Positions 25,270 to 40,000 of a stretch of 64,000 bases of DNA are shown here, piece after piece. This DNA is from Pristiophorus japonicus (Eukaryota): NCBI RefSeq assembly GCF_044704955.1, contig NC_091994.1, forward strand, positions 90,396,001 to 90,460,000. Reading direction: 5' to 3'. Below the pieces are notes generated by a model. It was not told where the DNA came from. It did not search any database and saw only the letters and a program-made list of their open reading frames with translations. The number at the start of each line of letters is the position of its first letter. Within the stretch, counting starts at the first letter, position 1. The translations under genes were made by a program, and so were the position numbers.

Positions 25270-26970
25270 TACTTTCTCTCCTGTTACCTCCATTACCTAT
25301 GCTTGAAACTATCTGTTCAGCTGCCTCCCACCCCTCACCTGTCTGCTTAGCCAACCCTACATCTTGCTGCCTGCTTATCACAGTTCTGATCCCGGATTCT
25401 CCTTCCTCACTCTCTCCAAGCTCATTTTCTCTGAGACCAACTTCTTGTTCCCCTGACTCCCTCCCACTAAACTCCTGTCCACCCACTTTCCTTCATGCAC
25501 TCATGACACTGTAAATGTCAATACTCATCTGGCATTGTCTCCCCTTCAAAGCCACCATCATCACCCCCCCTCCTCAAATATCCCATCCATGCCCCCTCTG
25601 TTCTAGTTAACTTGCCCCATTTCCAACATTTCCTATCCAAGGTTTTAACCATGTTGTTGCCTCCCAGCTGTGTTTCCTTCCCTCCTGTAACTCCTTAGTT
25701 GAATCCCTCTAATCTGGTTCTTACACCTCTCACAGTATTCAAACAACTGTACCCAAAGTTACAAACAACATTCTGTGTCACTGCGACCATAGTACGCCTT
25801 CTCCCAGGAGCTACATTAGTCCTCCTTGACCTCTCTGCAACCTTGGATGCAGTGCACCACACCCTCCTTCTCCAACACCTTCCCTGTCCGTTGTCCGTCA
25901 CAATGGGACTGTCCTCACTTGGTTCCATTCTTACCGATCCAATTGTAACCAGACATCTCCAGCAATGGCTTCTCTTCCCACCCCCTGCACTGTCACTTCT
26001 GGAGTTCCCCAGGATTTCATTCTTAGCCCCCTTGTCTTCCTCATCTATATGACGCACCTTGGTGACACCCGTAGACATTGGGTTAGCTTCCACATCTATG
26101 AATGAAACACACTTCTCCCCTACCTTCCTCGATTCCTCCATTCTTGTATTCTGCCAGACTACATGTCTGATATCGAGTCACGAATGAGCCTTAATTTTCT
26201 TCAGCTAAATATTAGGAAGAATAAAGTCATTAGCTTTGGCCTCTGCCACAGCTTCCATTCTATCACCACCGACTCTAACCATCTCCTCACCATCGTTTCA
26301 GTCTTAACCAGGCTGTTACAATCTCTAACTTCTGTTTGATCATGAGCGGAGTACAATCTCCACATCCTCTCCATAACAGGGACTATACTTCCACCTCCAT
26401 AGCATCTCCTGCCTCCAAACTACCTCAGCCCATCTGTTACCAAAACCCTCCTTCATGCCTTTGCCAGCCCCAGACTCAACTACTCAAAAGCTCACTTTCC
26501 CATCCTCCTCCCTCCGCAAACTCTAGGTCATCCAAAACTCAGGTGCTTGTATGCAATCCTACACCATCTTGCTTGCCTAGCACTCTGTGTGCACTAAACT
26601 ACATTATCCCCTGCTCTACCAACATCTCGAATTTAAAATCCCTGTCCTTGTCTTTAAATCCGTCCATTGTCTTGTCCCTTCCAACCTTTGTAATCTCCTC
26701 CAACCCTACAAAAGCTCTTTGTTTGTATGGCTCTGACCTCCCTTTGCTTCACTATTGGCAGCTGTGCTTTCAGTCACCTTGTTCTCATTTTCTGGAGTTC
26801 CTTCCGCAAACCCCTCTGCCTCTCTACTTTTTTTCCCCTCTTTTTAAGACGCTCATTAAAACCCATCTCGCTCTTTGGCTCGGTGTTAATTTTTCTTATG
26901 TCTGCCTGAAGTGACTTGTGACCTTTTTGCTGCATTATAGGTACTATGTAAATTGCAAGGAGTTGTTGTG
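25270..26970 (+). mobile_element. Old L2 LINE (RT to 3' tail), degraded
   Basis: LVLLDLSATLDAVHHTLLL motif in ORF 25699-26052; L2 tail near 26960. Confidence 0.8.
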
Positions 26971-27341
26971 GTACTCACTTGTGCACTGTGACTTGCCTAG
27001 TGTCCCTTCCTCAAAACTCACTGATTACATTTTTTGAGGTGTGGTATCTGTCAGGAGTGCTTGATGCAAGCTGCTATGATGTGCCAGAGTCTGTGGAGCC
27101 ACCCAGTCTCGCCTGATCTTAAGAGGACCCTACAGGAAGAGGAAAGGAAATTGATGTACAATGCAAATCCAAGACAATGACTTCAAAGAGCAATAAGGTC
27201 AAAAACATTGTGTGCATCACGCAACTGCTTAGTGAGTCCAGCTCCTGGGAGGAAGAGGAAGAAAGGGTGTCAGGGTATAAACGATCAGAATAAATGGAGA
27301 TATTTGCAGTGTGGTGGCACCATGCCTCCAAACTGGCACAG

Positions 27342-27975
27342 AGCCTGTATGGCTCAGAGACATGGACCATATACAGTAGACACCTCAAATCACTGGAAAA
27401 ATACCACCAGCGTTATCTCCGCAAGATCCTGCAAATCCCCTGGGAGGACAGACGCACCAACATTAATGTCATCGTCCAGGCCAACATTCCCAGCATCGAA
27501 GCGCTGACCACACTCGACTAGCTCCGTTGGGCGTTGGGCACATTGTCCGTATGCCTGACACAAGACTCCCAAAGCAAGCGCTCTACTCGGAACTCCTACA
27601 CAGCAAGCGAGCCCCAGGTGGGCAGAGGAAACATTTCAAGGACGCCCTCAAAGCCTCCTTGATAAAGTGTAACATCCCCACCGACACCTGGGAGTCCCTG
27701 GCCAAAGAACGCCCTAAGTGGAGGAAGAGCATCCGGGAGGGCGCTGAGCACCACGAGTCTCGTCATCGAGAGCATGCAGAAATCAAGCGCAGGCAGCGGA
27801 AGGAGTGTGCAGCAAACCAGACTCCCCACCCACCCTTTCCTTCAACGACTGTCTGTCCTACCTGTGACAGAGACTGTAATTCCCGTATTGACTGATCAGT
27901 CACCTAAGAACTCACTTTTAGAATGGAAGCAAGTCTTCCTCGATTTCGAGGGACAGCCTATGATGATGATGATGA
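27342..27975 (+). mobile_element. RTE LINE 3' fragment
   Basis: LYGSETWTIY, GHIVRMPDTRLPKQ, CPTCDR; (ATG)n tail. Confidence 0.92.
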
Positions 27976-29374
27976 AACTGGCCCTTACCAATGACCAATA
28001 CTGCTCCTCTTCCAAGAACAGGGAGTGAGTTTCTTCACATGGAAATAGTTCCCTCATGATGGCTGGTACCTCCCCCCTCAACCCCATCCTCATCTTTTCT
28101 CTGTGGATGATCCTCTCCCTGTGGCTTCATATACCAGACTAGCGTTGTATTTAAAAGTGGCACGTCATTTTTGATTCAGTCACTCTTATATTATTGGTCA
28201 ACAGGTGTTTCTTTTTGTAGCACTTTAAGACTGTGAACCTTAATGGGCTTCCATGATATGTGTCAGAGTATGTGATGTAACTGCAAAGGTTTCTTCAGCT
28301 TCTTGTGATCGCTATATAATCAGCTTTGTTATAGTTGGAGATAATCAGTAAATTAGAGCTTGCAAACATTAAATAAAAACACAGATATTTGGCGGATTTA
28401 CAGCTGGGCAGAATGCAAGGTTTGTGAACTCTGCATTTAGCCTTGTGTATTGAGGCTATTTCACAAATCACTGGATTTATGATGAATAATGCAGCTAATT
28501 GGTGTTAATTTGGGACAAGGAGAAATTTTCAATGTAATATTTTACTCTGAATGTCAGACAAAATTAATGTAAATATAAACAAGGTTGCCTTTGAGAACAG
28601 TGTATTTGGGAGGTGCCCAAGGCTAGACACAGAGGATAAACTTCCCACAAAGGATTGTGCTGCGGCCAAACAAAGCACACAGGAAAATCCTGTAAAGTGT
28701 TTATAGAAATAACAAAACAGGACGAGAAATTATTTGGAGTGGTATTTATTAAATTGATCTAGCACTGATAAGCGACCCACATCTTGCTCTACCATTGGCC
28801 TTTGAAGGGTTTGTCCAAGCTGATTATTGAAAAGGACTAATAAAGAAGAGATGCAACCACAACAAGAGCATTGTAGAGAAGGCTACAGTTTGAGTCCAGG
28901 GAATTTGCTCTGAAATGGCTGCATCTGGGAGAATAGAATGTCAGATAAACAGGAAAAGGGATTGTTGGTTGAACAGTGCCTTTGAAGTCAGTTAGCAGGG
29001 TAGCCTATTTGGTGCCAATAGAAACAGGAATCTTTTCATGAGTCAAAATGCTTTGTCCAATCTATGTAATGGGGCGAAAGGTCAGCAGTTGCAGTAGGTC
29101 ACATCATTCACAAATAAAAACTAGAGCAAACCCTGAGCATTATAAACACGCCACACAGTGTTGAGCACATGCTTTGATTCCAGGCCATACCTCAAATCCA
29201 TTATCCATGCAGACATCCTTTGGAGTGGAAACACCCTGAGTTTTCTGTGTGACGTGCTGAACCTTCACTGTTATGCTTCATCCTTCTGCTTATTGTCAAA
29301 GCTCCATGAGGTACGGTCAAAGAGCATCCGTCACCCATCTAATCTATTGTCACTATAACCAAAGCACGATCTAT

Positions 29375-30004
29375 GGGTTGGATTTTCGGTTGGAGGCTTC
29401 GGGCGCTAATCGTGATGGGACGGTAAAGTTTGTGCTGGAAAATGGTTTGCGACGGCAGACAAAAAATTTGGTTGCTGAGAGTGGAGTGGAGTGCTAAGGG
29501 AGGCGTTCCACACCTCTCTTAGGGCGCTAGGCCGGGTGAACAACTGAAAATACGTTACTAAAGAGCCGGCTTCGGAGTGTCCGAAGAGAGGCCTTCCTGC
29601 AACAAAAAAAGAATCGTGACAAAAAACATTCCCGATGAAGTACTCCCCCCAAATAAAGGTGAATCGCAAAAAAACCCCAAAGAAATATCAATTTCATTTA
29701 CCTTTTTCAAGCATTCCTTCCCTTAGCGCCCTGTGATAGTTGTGCATGCCAGTTTTCTCTGGGGGTCTCACCAGGGGGCACAGTGGGTGCTGCTCCAAGC
29801 TAATATCGCATCGCTGTCAAAACCTGGGGCATTGCACACCGGCGCGACGCTCCCGGGCGCTACTGCTCAGTGACACCGCAAACCCGGCACCAAATTTCCC
29901 AGCGGGGCGCTGGCAGCTGGCTGTCCGGGCACTAAGCTTTTCGCGTCCCATTACCACCCCTCCAGGGTGCTAACATAGGCGCAATCGAAATGAAAATTCA
30001 GCCC
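29375..30004. mobile_element. PIF/Harbinger-like MITE
   Basis: Imperfect TIRs GGGTTGGATTTTC...GAAAATTCAGCCC; flanks TAT/TCT. Confidence 0.65.
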
Positions 30005-30009
30005 TCTGT

Positions 30010-30420
30010 AGCATCTTATCACTTTTCTCTCAGAAACGTACCAAGGTCTTCACATGCAATTAATTACTTTGAAATACAATCACTGCTGCCATACAGCAGC
30101 CATTTCTCAAGGTCCCACAAACAGCAGTGTGATGAATAGCCAGTTAATCTGCTTTTGGTGGTGTTGGTTGGTGGAGGAATTGGGAGAACTCCCTGCTCTT
30201 CTTCAAAAAAATACCATGGAATTCCTGTTATCTACCTGAAATCAGCAGAATAAGCAGTTTAACATCAGCTAAAGGTCATTACCTTGAATAATGCATTACT
30301 CTGTCAGTACTGCACCAGAGTGTTAGCCTAGATTATGTCAAGGGTGGGGGGTAGGGGTGCTTGGAACCAAAGCCTTCTGACACAGATTGAGAGTGCTAAT
30401 AATTAAGCGGAACAGGACAC
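30010..30420 (-). mobile_element. Old Deu-type tRNA SINE
   Basis: Collinear with the SINE at 1-428. Confidence 0.65.
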
Positions 30421-31649
30421 GACCACAGTGGGAGAGACTTTGGGCGAGAAATTGAGCTCGCGAGCGCCCGTTGTTTGGGCACTACGGGTGCCGTTCGGGG
30501 ACCAAAATGGCGTCCGATGCGCACGCTATCTTGGTCAGGGCGTTGGCACGCGTGCAGCTAACATCTGCCGGAAGTATGCAGAGCAGGCAGATCATGACGC
30601 CAACCAGCGGTGCTCAATGCTCCAGCTGACGCCCTCTCCTACCCTTGCACAGGTGAACACGCGCTAAGCAGCAGAAGGACCCCTGACCAGCGCTATTCAA
30701 AGGGATCATCAACTACCTACAGGATGGTTGCTGATTGAGTTCCACCTGGCTGTTGCTACAATTCTACGAGTGTTTGGTGCTTTCCAAAGTTCTTTCAAGT
30801 TGCAAAAGTCTACAGGGATTGGTGCCCTGTGAGGTGGACTATAGCACAGCACCAGTATGTATGTACTCTTGGGCTGATGTCATCTGCATGTTAGCGCAGT
30901 GCAAATGCAACTCTTTCTCCAACCAGCAGGATGGAAGCGGCAGCAAGTATACTGAGCTTTCCTCCTGCCTTCCAACATGAGGAGGCTGTACCAAGATAAG
31001 GGATAAAACCATAAAAGAAACTGAATTATAGTCAAATATCAACTCTGTGCTTTATTGAAATAGTTGCGGTTTGATGCATTTTATTGAGAAACCCAGATTA
31101 ACTCAGGACCAGGGCATGCTTCCAAGAGAAGCATTGCCATAAAACAGGACACTGGACAATTGGCAGAGAAATAGGCATAACATGAGCAGAGGAAAGTGTC
31201 ACGTGCTTACTGTCAATAATTGAAAGCTGAGTGATATCTGCCAGGACATCAGGGAGAACGCCCCATCTCCTCTTCGAATTAGTGCCGTGAGATCTTTTAC
31301 CTGTTAGCAGACGGGGGCCTCAGTTTCATCCGAAAGATGAGGATTGAATTATATTATATTAAACTTATTCCCATGCCAATAACAACACTTAAGCAGGCAG
31401 CTGCAGTAGAGACTGATTTATATTGTTCATTATTGCGATATTAAACAGTAAAGTATATTGAAGTCAGTTTAATGTGAGCAGTTTGTGTCTCTGCTCAAGT
31501 TTAACCAATCCATCTCCTCTGGCGGATCAGTGCTTTGTTAAAAATCCGTTGGCACCATTTGAAGAGTAGGGAGTTCTCCCAGTGTCCCGGCCAATATTCT
31601 TCCCCCAACCACCAAAAAATAGATTAACTGATTATTCATCTCATTGCAG

Positions 31650-32388
31650 GTGCCTCAACTCATCCACTGCTGAAACCCTCATCCATTCCATTGTTACCTC
31701 TAGACTTGACTATTCCACGCACTCCTGGCTGGCCTCCCACCTTCTACCCTACATAAACTTGAGGTTATCCAAAACTCGGCAGCCTGTATCCTAATTCGCA
31801 ACAAGTCCTGTTCACCCATCGCCCCTGTACTCGCTGACCTACATTGGCTCCCGGGAAAGCAACACCTCGATTTCAAAATTCTCATCCTGGTTTACAATCC
31901 CTCCATGACATCGCACCTCCCTATCTCTGTAATCTCCTTCAGCCTCACAACTCCTCAAGATATCTGCGCTCCTCAAATTCTGCCCTCTTGAGCATCCCCG
32001 ATTATAATCGCTCAACCATCGGTGGCCGTGCCTTCTGTTGCCTAGGCCCGAAGCTCTGGAACTCCCTCTCTGCCTCTCCACCTCTCTACCTCTCTACCTC
32101 TCTACCTCTCTACCTCTCTACCTCTCTACCTCTCCACCTCTCCACCTCTCCACCTCTCTACCTCTCTACCTTTCCACCTCTCCACCTCTCCACCTCTCCA
32201 CCTCTCTACCTCTCTACCTCTCTTTCCTTCTTTAAGATGCTCCATAAAACCAAGCTTTTGGTCATCTGCCATAATTTCTTCTTATCTGGCTCGGTGTCAA
32301 ATTAATTTTTTTGTCGTATAACACTCCTGTGAAGCCTTGGGATGTTTTGCTACATTAAAGGCGCTATATAAATACAAGTTGTTGTTGT
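31650..32388 (+). mobile_element. L2 LINE 3' fragment
   Basis: ETLIHSIVTSRLDY; tail AAAGGCGCTATATAAATACAAGTTGTTG. Confidence 0.88.
32073..32222. repeat. Simple tandem repeat (CCTCTCTA/CCTCTCCA)n expanded inside the L2
   Basis: Direct 8-bp tandem units. Confidence 0.95.
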
Positions 32389-32796
32389 GGGATTTTACTG
32401 TGCACAAATGCATGTCAAAGTAATTCATTGTGTCTGAAGTGCTTTGAGACATTTCTGACCGCGGATAAGGTGCGAAATAAGTACAAGTAGTTTTCTTTTT
32501 AAATAGTCTGTCAAGCCATGGCTTTGTTGGGTTACAGCATCAGTCACCTTCCTCAATCTCTGCTTCGGTCTCTGGATAGGACAAAGTGTCTTCGTCAAGA
32601 ACTTGCACCACAGAGAAAATACAATTAATAATTAAAAAAAAAATGTCTTGTTTGTCCTTTCTAATGAAGCTGAAACTCACTTTTAATGACCTGACTGGAG
32701 TAAGGTCTTTTCAATGTGCCCCCATCCTGATGATTAGTGAATCTGGAGCAAATGTTAGACCCTTCCCAAAAGCTGGACAAAGTAGGCGTGATAGAA

Positions 32797-32978
32797 TTAA
32801 GAACATAAGAAATAGGAGCAGGAGCAGGCCACATGGCCCCTCGAGCCTGCTCCGCCATTCAACACGATCATGGCTGATCTGATCATGGACTCAGCTCCAC
32901 TTCCCCGTCCGCTCCCCATAACCCCTTATCCCCTTATCGTTTAAGAAAACGTCTATTTCTGTCTTAAATTTATTCAAT
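32797..32978 (-). mobile_element. Short CR1 3' end
   Basis: Near-identical to 17665-17845; (CATAAGAA)n tail. Confidence 0.88.
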
Positions 32979-33237
32979 TAAGCCCCAGCACCCCTAACAG
33001 TTTGCAGTAATAGCAAAGAAGGATTAGAGAATCATAAGTGTTATTTTAACAAATGGTCAGTAACCAGGTTCAGCTCTGGTTTGAGTACATGTGATCGATA
33101 TCCTCTTGACAATGACTATAGTGCCTTGCCCCATCAACCTCTCCACAGCGGTTGACATGGTTTATCATGCCATTCTCCTCCAAAGTCACTCCTCGCATTG
33201 TCGAGCCCTTGCATAATGCCAGTCCTTGCTGTCGGTG

Positions 33238-33607
33238 TGTCAGCCATGGCTCAGTGGTAGCACTCTCACCTCTGAGTCACAGGAATGTAGATTCACGACC
33301 CACTCCAGAGAGGAGCACAAAATCTAGGTTGATACTGCATTGCAGCAATGTCGGAGATGCCACCTTTCGGGTGAGATGTTAAACCGAGGCCCTGCCTGTC
33401 CACTCAGGTGGAGGTAAAAGATCCCAGGGCACTATTTCGGAAAAGAGTAGGAGAGTTCTCCCTGGTATTCTGGCCAATATTTATCCCTGCTGTTTGTGGG
33501 ACCTTGCTGTGCGCACATTGGCTGCCGTGTTTCCAACATTTCAACGGTGACTTCACTGCAAAATTACTGCATTGGCTGTAAAGCGCTCTGGGACGTCCTG
33601 AGGTCGT
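33238..33607 (+). mobile_element. tRNA-derived Deu-type SINE inserted in an old L2 (33120-33900)
   Basis: A-box-like TGGCTCAGTGGTAG, degenerate B box, tail TGTAAAGCGCTCTGGGACGTCC. Confidence 0.8.
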
Positions 33608-34058
33608 GGCATCATCCATAGGCATGAGATCCGCTTCCATAGCAATGCCGATGATGGCCAACTCTACTTCACCACCTCCCTTAACCCCTCAACTGAGTAT
33701 CTGCCATCTAATCTTAGGCGAGCCATGACTTCCTCCAGCTCAACATCAGGAAAACCCTACCGCAAATTCCGCTCTTTTGCCATTAGTTTTGATCCTCTCC
33801 CTTACACGTTGTCAGGCTCACCAAGACTGTTTACACCCTTGGCATTCTATTTGACCTGAGCTTAGTTCCAGATCACCACCCTCTCCATCACAAAGACAAC
33901 CTCGGCAACACATCTACGTGCACATATACACTGACACATACACACAAGGACAGATATACACACACACATACACAGCCACGGAGACAGAGATAGAGGTTTA
34001 CACAGACGGCTGTTTCCTACACAAAGCTGCCCATGGTTACTATTTTTGAATTAATTGC

Positions 34059-37000
34059 TGTAATGTCTGTAGCTCCATACTGTGGATGCCTGTGTTACTG
34101 CAGCTAGTGTTGTTTTAATAAAGAACAGGTCACCTGAACAGCAGTTCCGAAGTTTCCTGAACCATCTTAAAGGTTGTGTGCTGTGTGCTCTCTGAAGATA
34201 TCACATTTGGTGACGAGAATGGGATGTAATCGGATATTACAAAGCTGAAATTTTTGTTGGTGAAGGATTCAGCCAGCCGACAGAGAGACTTTGAGAGCTT
34301 CTCTGCTTTTGGAAACAGCTACAAATCCGAGGTAAATTACGAGCACACTTGGTTAAACTGCCAGAGTCAAAATGGCTGCCCCTATGGGAGTTAGAGGGCA
34401 TTTGGGGGCATTTCAACGTGACCATGAAAGTTTCAGAGCATATGTGGATTGGCTAGAAATGTTTTTTTACTGCAAATAATATCATCGAAATCCCCGGTAA
34501 TGAAGACAATAACCGGGTTGGAACGGAAAAGAGCTATATTCTTCACTGAGGCCAAGCCCGAGTTGTATGAAACGCTGATAAGTTTGCTTGTGCCTGACAA
34601 GCCAAAGGATACAACGTTGAAACAGATTCTAACTAACTTAGAACAACATTACAGCCCCGTTCCATTAGAAATTGCTGAAAGTTATTGTTTCAGAATACGA
34701 AATCAGAAGGCCAAAGAAAATATCAGTGAGTATATTGTACCATTTTAAAAAAAAGCTATCTATTCACTGTAATTTTGGAGACTTTCAGAGCCAAGCATTG
34801 CGAGACCATTTTGTTTGTGGGATGAGAAATGATGCGATCAGAAGAAAATTATTGACAATGCCTAACTTGACTTTTTATTTAGCTTATCAGACAGCGAGGT
34901 CGATGAGCATGGCCGGCCAATATTCCGAAGAATTTCATACTAATTTCAGTCATCAGACAACCGAGGTGAATCGCCTGCAGGTTCAAAGTAAAAGACGGTG
35001 GGGCCCCAAAGTCTCAGAAACTGGAAATGGGAAAAGAGCATTGACGTCTTGCTATCGGTGCCTGGGACAACACATTGCTCAAAGTTGTCCATATGTGAAG
35101 GCAGAGTGTTTCTTCTGCAGGAAAATTGGGTATCTTGCAAAGGCTGAAGGGTAAACCAGTTTTCAAAGCTATGAGTAGAAATCCCCAGAGACTACATAGC
35201 ATGGAAGAACAACAACAGGATGAGGAGATGTTAGAGTTACACGTCATTAGGAGCACGAGGTTAGCGGACGGCGATTCGAAAAGTATCATAATCCACAGAG
35301 ATGTTGCAGGATTCAAGATACCCATGGAAATTGACACTGGTGCATCCGTGAGTGTAGTACTGGAGTCACTATACCTTTTACAAATTGCGGGATTTCCCAT
35401 TGGAGAAAGCCAAGATAGAGCTGCGAGACTACTCGGGAGAGAACATTCCGGTGGTAGGTCGTATCACTGTACCGGTGAAATACAAGGATCAAGTTCAGAG
35501 CTTGCCTCTAGTAGTAGTGGCAGGAGACAAGCCTGCTTTACTAGAAAGAAATTGGTTGGGATCACTGAAGCTGGATTGGAATGAGATTTTTCGTGTTGAA
35601 ACGAGATTTGCGTCAAAGGATGATGTCATCAAGAATTATCCAAAGATGTTCTGCGAAATGGGCAGTCCGATCCAAGGCTTCATGGCGAGTGTCAGGATAC
35701 AGAAGGATGCAAGATCAGTTTACTGCAAGCCATGTTCCGTACCATATGCACTCTGAGAAAGTTGAGCAAGAACTCAAAAGACTAGAGACTGAGAACATTA
35801 TTTCTAAGATAAGATCGATGTAATTGGGCTACACCCATTGTTGTTGTACCTAAGTCCGATGGTAAGATAAGATTGTGTGGTGATTATAAAGTAACTGTAA
35901 ACCAGGTTCTAGAGGGTAATGTTCCCAATACATTGCCAAATATAGAAGATTTGTTCACAACACTGACGGGGTCAGATTTTCTCAAAGTTGGATCTTACGA
36001 ATGCCTACTTACAGCTTGAACTAAATGAGGAGTCCCAATCATGCTTGACTATAAATACCCATCTAGGCCTATATCAATTTAATAGACTTCCATTTGGAGT
36101 GTCTTCCTCCCCTGCCATATTCCAAGGGGTAATGGACCAGATTTTGCAAGGTATTGAAGGGATAGTATGTTATTTAGATGACATACTAATTTCAGCACCA
36201 AATAGGCAAATTCATAATAACATATTAGAAACATAGAAAATAGGTGCAGGAGTAGGCCATTCGGCCCTTCAAGCCTGCACCACCATTCAATAAGATCATG
36301 GCTGATCATTCCCTCAGTACCCCTTTCCTGCTTTCTCTCCATACCCCTTGATCCCTTTAGCTGTAAGGGCCATATCTAACTCTCTGTTGAATATATCCAA
36401 TAAACTGGCATCAACAACTCTCTGTGGCAGGGAATTCCACAGGTTAACAATTCTCTGAGTGAAGAAATTTCTCCTCATCTCAGTCCTAAATGGCCTACCC
36501 CTTATCCTAAGACTGTGTCCCCTGGTTCCAGACTTCCCCATCATTGGGAGCATTCTTCCCGCATCTAACCTGTCCAGTCCAGTCAGAATCTTGTAAGTTT
36601 CCATGAGATCCCCTCTCATCCTTCTAAACTCCAGTTGATCCAGTCTCTCCTCATATGTCAGTCCCGCCATCCCAGGAATCAGTCTGGTGAACCTTCGCTG
36701 CACTCCCGCAACAGCAAGAATGTCCTTCCTCAGATTAGGAGACCAAAACTGAACACAATATTCCAGGTGAGGCCTCACCAAGGCCCTGTACAACTGCAGT
36801 AAGGCCTCCCTGCTCCTATACTCAAATCCCCTAGCTATGAAGGCCAACATACCATTTGCCTTCTTCACCGCCTGCTGCACCTGTATGCCAACTTTCAATG
36901 ACTGATGAACCATGACACCCAGGTCTCGTTGCACCTCCCCCTTTCCTAATCTACCGCCATTCAGATAATATTCTGCCTTTGTGTTTTTGCCCACAAAGTG

Positions 37001-40000
37001 GATAACCTCACATTTATCCACATTATACTGCATCTGCCATGCATTTGCCTACTCACCTAACCTGTCCAAGTCACCCTGCAGCCTTTTAGTGTCCTCCTCA
37101 CAGCTTACACCATCACCCAGTTTAGTGTCATCTGCAAACCTGGAGATATTACATTCAATTCCTTCATCTAAATCATTAATGTATAGTGTAAAGAGCTGGG
37201 GTCCCAGCACTGAGCCCTGTGGTACCCCACTAGTCACTGCCTGCCATTCTGAAAAAGACCTGTTTATCCCGACTCTCTGCTTCCTGTCTGCCAACCAGTT
37301 CTCTATCCACGTCAGTACATTACTCCCAATACCATGTGTTTTGATTTGGCACACCAATCTCTTGTGTGGGACGTTGCTTAATGCCTTTTGAAAGTCCAAA
37401 TACACCTCATCCACTGGTTCTCCCTTGTCCACTCTACTAGTTACATCCTCAAAAAATTCTAGAAGTTTTGTCAAGCATGATTTCCCTTTCATAAACCCAT
37501 GCTGACTTGGACCGATCCGGTCACTGCTTTCCAAATGCGCAGCTATTTCATCCTTAATAATTGATTCCAACATTTTCCCCACTACTGATGTCAGGCTAAC
37601 CGGTCTATAATTACCCGTTTTCTCTCTCCCTCCTTTTTTAAACAGTGGTGTTACATTAGCTACTCTCCAGTCCATAGAAACTGATCCAGAGTTGATAGAC
37701 TGTTGGAAAATGATCACCAATGCATCCACTATTTCTATGGCCACTTCCTTAAATACTCTGGGATGCAGACTATCAGGCCCTGGGGATTTATCGGTCTTCA
37801 ATCCGATCAATTTCCCTAACACAATTTCCTGCTTTATAAGGATATCCTTTAGTTCCTCCATCTCACTAGACCCTCGGTCCCCTAGTATTTCCGGAAGGTT
37901 ATTTGTGTCTTCCTTCGTGAAAACAGAGCCAAAGTATTTGTTTAACTGGTCTGCCATTTCTTTGTTCCCCATTATAAATTCACCTGAATCTGACTGCAAG
38001 GGACCTACGTTTGTTTTCACTAATCTTTTTCTCTTCACATATCTATAGAAGCTTTTGCTGTCAGTTTTTATGTTCCCAGCAAGCTTCCTCTCATACTCTA
38101 TTATCCCCCTCCTAATTAAACCCTTTGTCCTCCTCTGCTGTGTTACAAAATTCTCCCAGTCCTCAAGTTTGCTGCTTTTTCTGGCCAATTTATATGCCTC
38201 TTCCTTGGATTTAACACTATCCTTAATTTCCCTTGTTAGTCACGGTTGAGCCACCCTCCCCATTTTATTTTTACTCCAGACAGGGATGTACAATTGTTGA
38301 AGTTCATCCATGTGATCTTTAAATATTTGCCATTGCCTATCCACCGTCAACCCTTTAAGTATCACTTGCCAGTCTATTCTAGCCAATTCACGTCTCATAC
38401 CATCGAAGTTACCTTTTCTTAAGTTCAGGATCCTAGTCTCTGAATTAACTGTGTCACTCTCCATCTTAATAAAGAATTCTACCATATTATGGTCACTCTT
38501 CCCCAAGGAGCCTCGCACAACAAGATTGTTAATTAGTTCTTTCTCATCACACATCACCCAGTCTAGGATGGCCAGCCCTCTAGTTGGTTCCTCGACATAT
38601 TGGTCTCGCAAACCATCCCTAATAAACTCCAGGAAATCCTCCTCCACTGCATTGCTACCAGTTTGGTTAGCCCAGTCAATATGTAGATTAAAGTCGCCCA
38701 TGATAACTGCTGTACCTTTATTGCACGCATCCCTAATTTCTTGTTTGCTGTCCCCAACCTCATTACTACTGTTTGGTGGTCTGTACACAACTCCCACTGG
38801 CATTTTCTGCCCTTTGGTATTCCGTAACTCCACCCATACAGATTCCACATCATCCAAGCTAATGTCCTTCCTTACTATTGCATTAATTTCCTCTTTAACC
38901 AGCAACGCTACCCCACCTCCTTTTCCTCTCTGCCTATCCTTCCTAAATGTTGAACCCTGTATGTTGAGTTCCCAGCCTTGGTCACCCTGGAGCCATGTCT
39001 CCGTGATGCCAATTACATCATATCCATTAACTGCTATCTGCGCTGTTAATTCGTCCACCTTATTCCGAATACTCCTCGCATTGAGGCACAGAGCCTTCAG
39101 GGTTTTTTTTAACACCCTTTGCCCCTTTAGGATTTTGCTGTAATGGGGCCCCTTTTTGCTTTTTGCCTTGGGTTTCTCTGCTCTCCACTTTTACTATTGA
39201 ATGAAGTCCTCAAATGGCTAGAGAAGCACAGAGTATGAATGTCTGCTCGCAAGTGTGAGTTATTTCAAAACTCAGTGGAGTACTTAGGGTACAGAGTAGA
39301 CAAAGATGGTTTACATCCAACCAAGAAAAAACTGGATGCAATCAGAAATGCACCCAATCCCAAGAATGTCACTGAACTTCAATCATTTTTGGGTCTTTTG
39401 AACTATTATAGGAAGTTCCTACCAAATTTGGCTACAGTATTACATCCGCTGAGTGACCTATTGAAAAAACAGGTCCATTGGAAGTGGTCAAAAGAATGCA
39501 ACACAGCATTCAAGGAGTTTAAAAGCAATTTGGTAGAAAGCACCATGTTAGTTCACTGACATATCTCAGGAAATCATGCTAGCATGTGATGCCTCTCCAT
39601 ATGGAGTTGGGGCAGTAATCTCTCATGTATTATGTAGTGGGGAGGAGAGACCAATTGCTTTTGCTTCACGCACTCTCAGTGCCAGTGAGTGTAATTATGC
39701 GCAAATCGAAAGGGAAGCTTTGGCATTAATTTTTGGGGTCAAGAAGTTCCACAAATACTTGTATGGTCGTAAGTTTACTCTCGTTACGGACCATAAGCCC
39801 CTGACAGCAATCCCCCATCCAAAGTCCCCACTTCCAACATTAGCTGCAGCACGAATGCAGAGATGGGCTTTGATTTTGTCAGCATATAAATATGATACAG
39901 ACAATCAGCTGATCACAGTAATGTTGATGCTATGTCTAGATTGCCTTCCCTATCACAAGTTACACCCGATAGGGAAGAAGTGTTCTATTTTTCATACATT

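Noticed and set aside
31844-32305. Repetitive ORFs (LYLSTS)n
   Set aside because: Translation of an 8-bp simple repeat inside an L2
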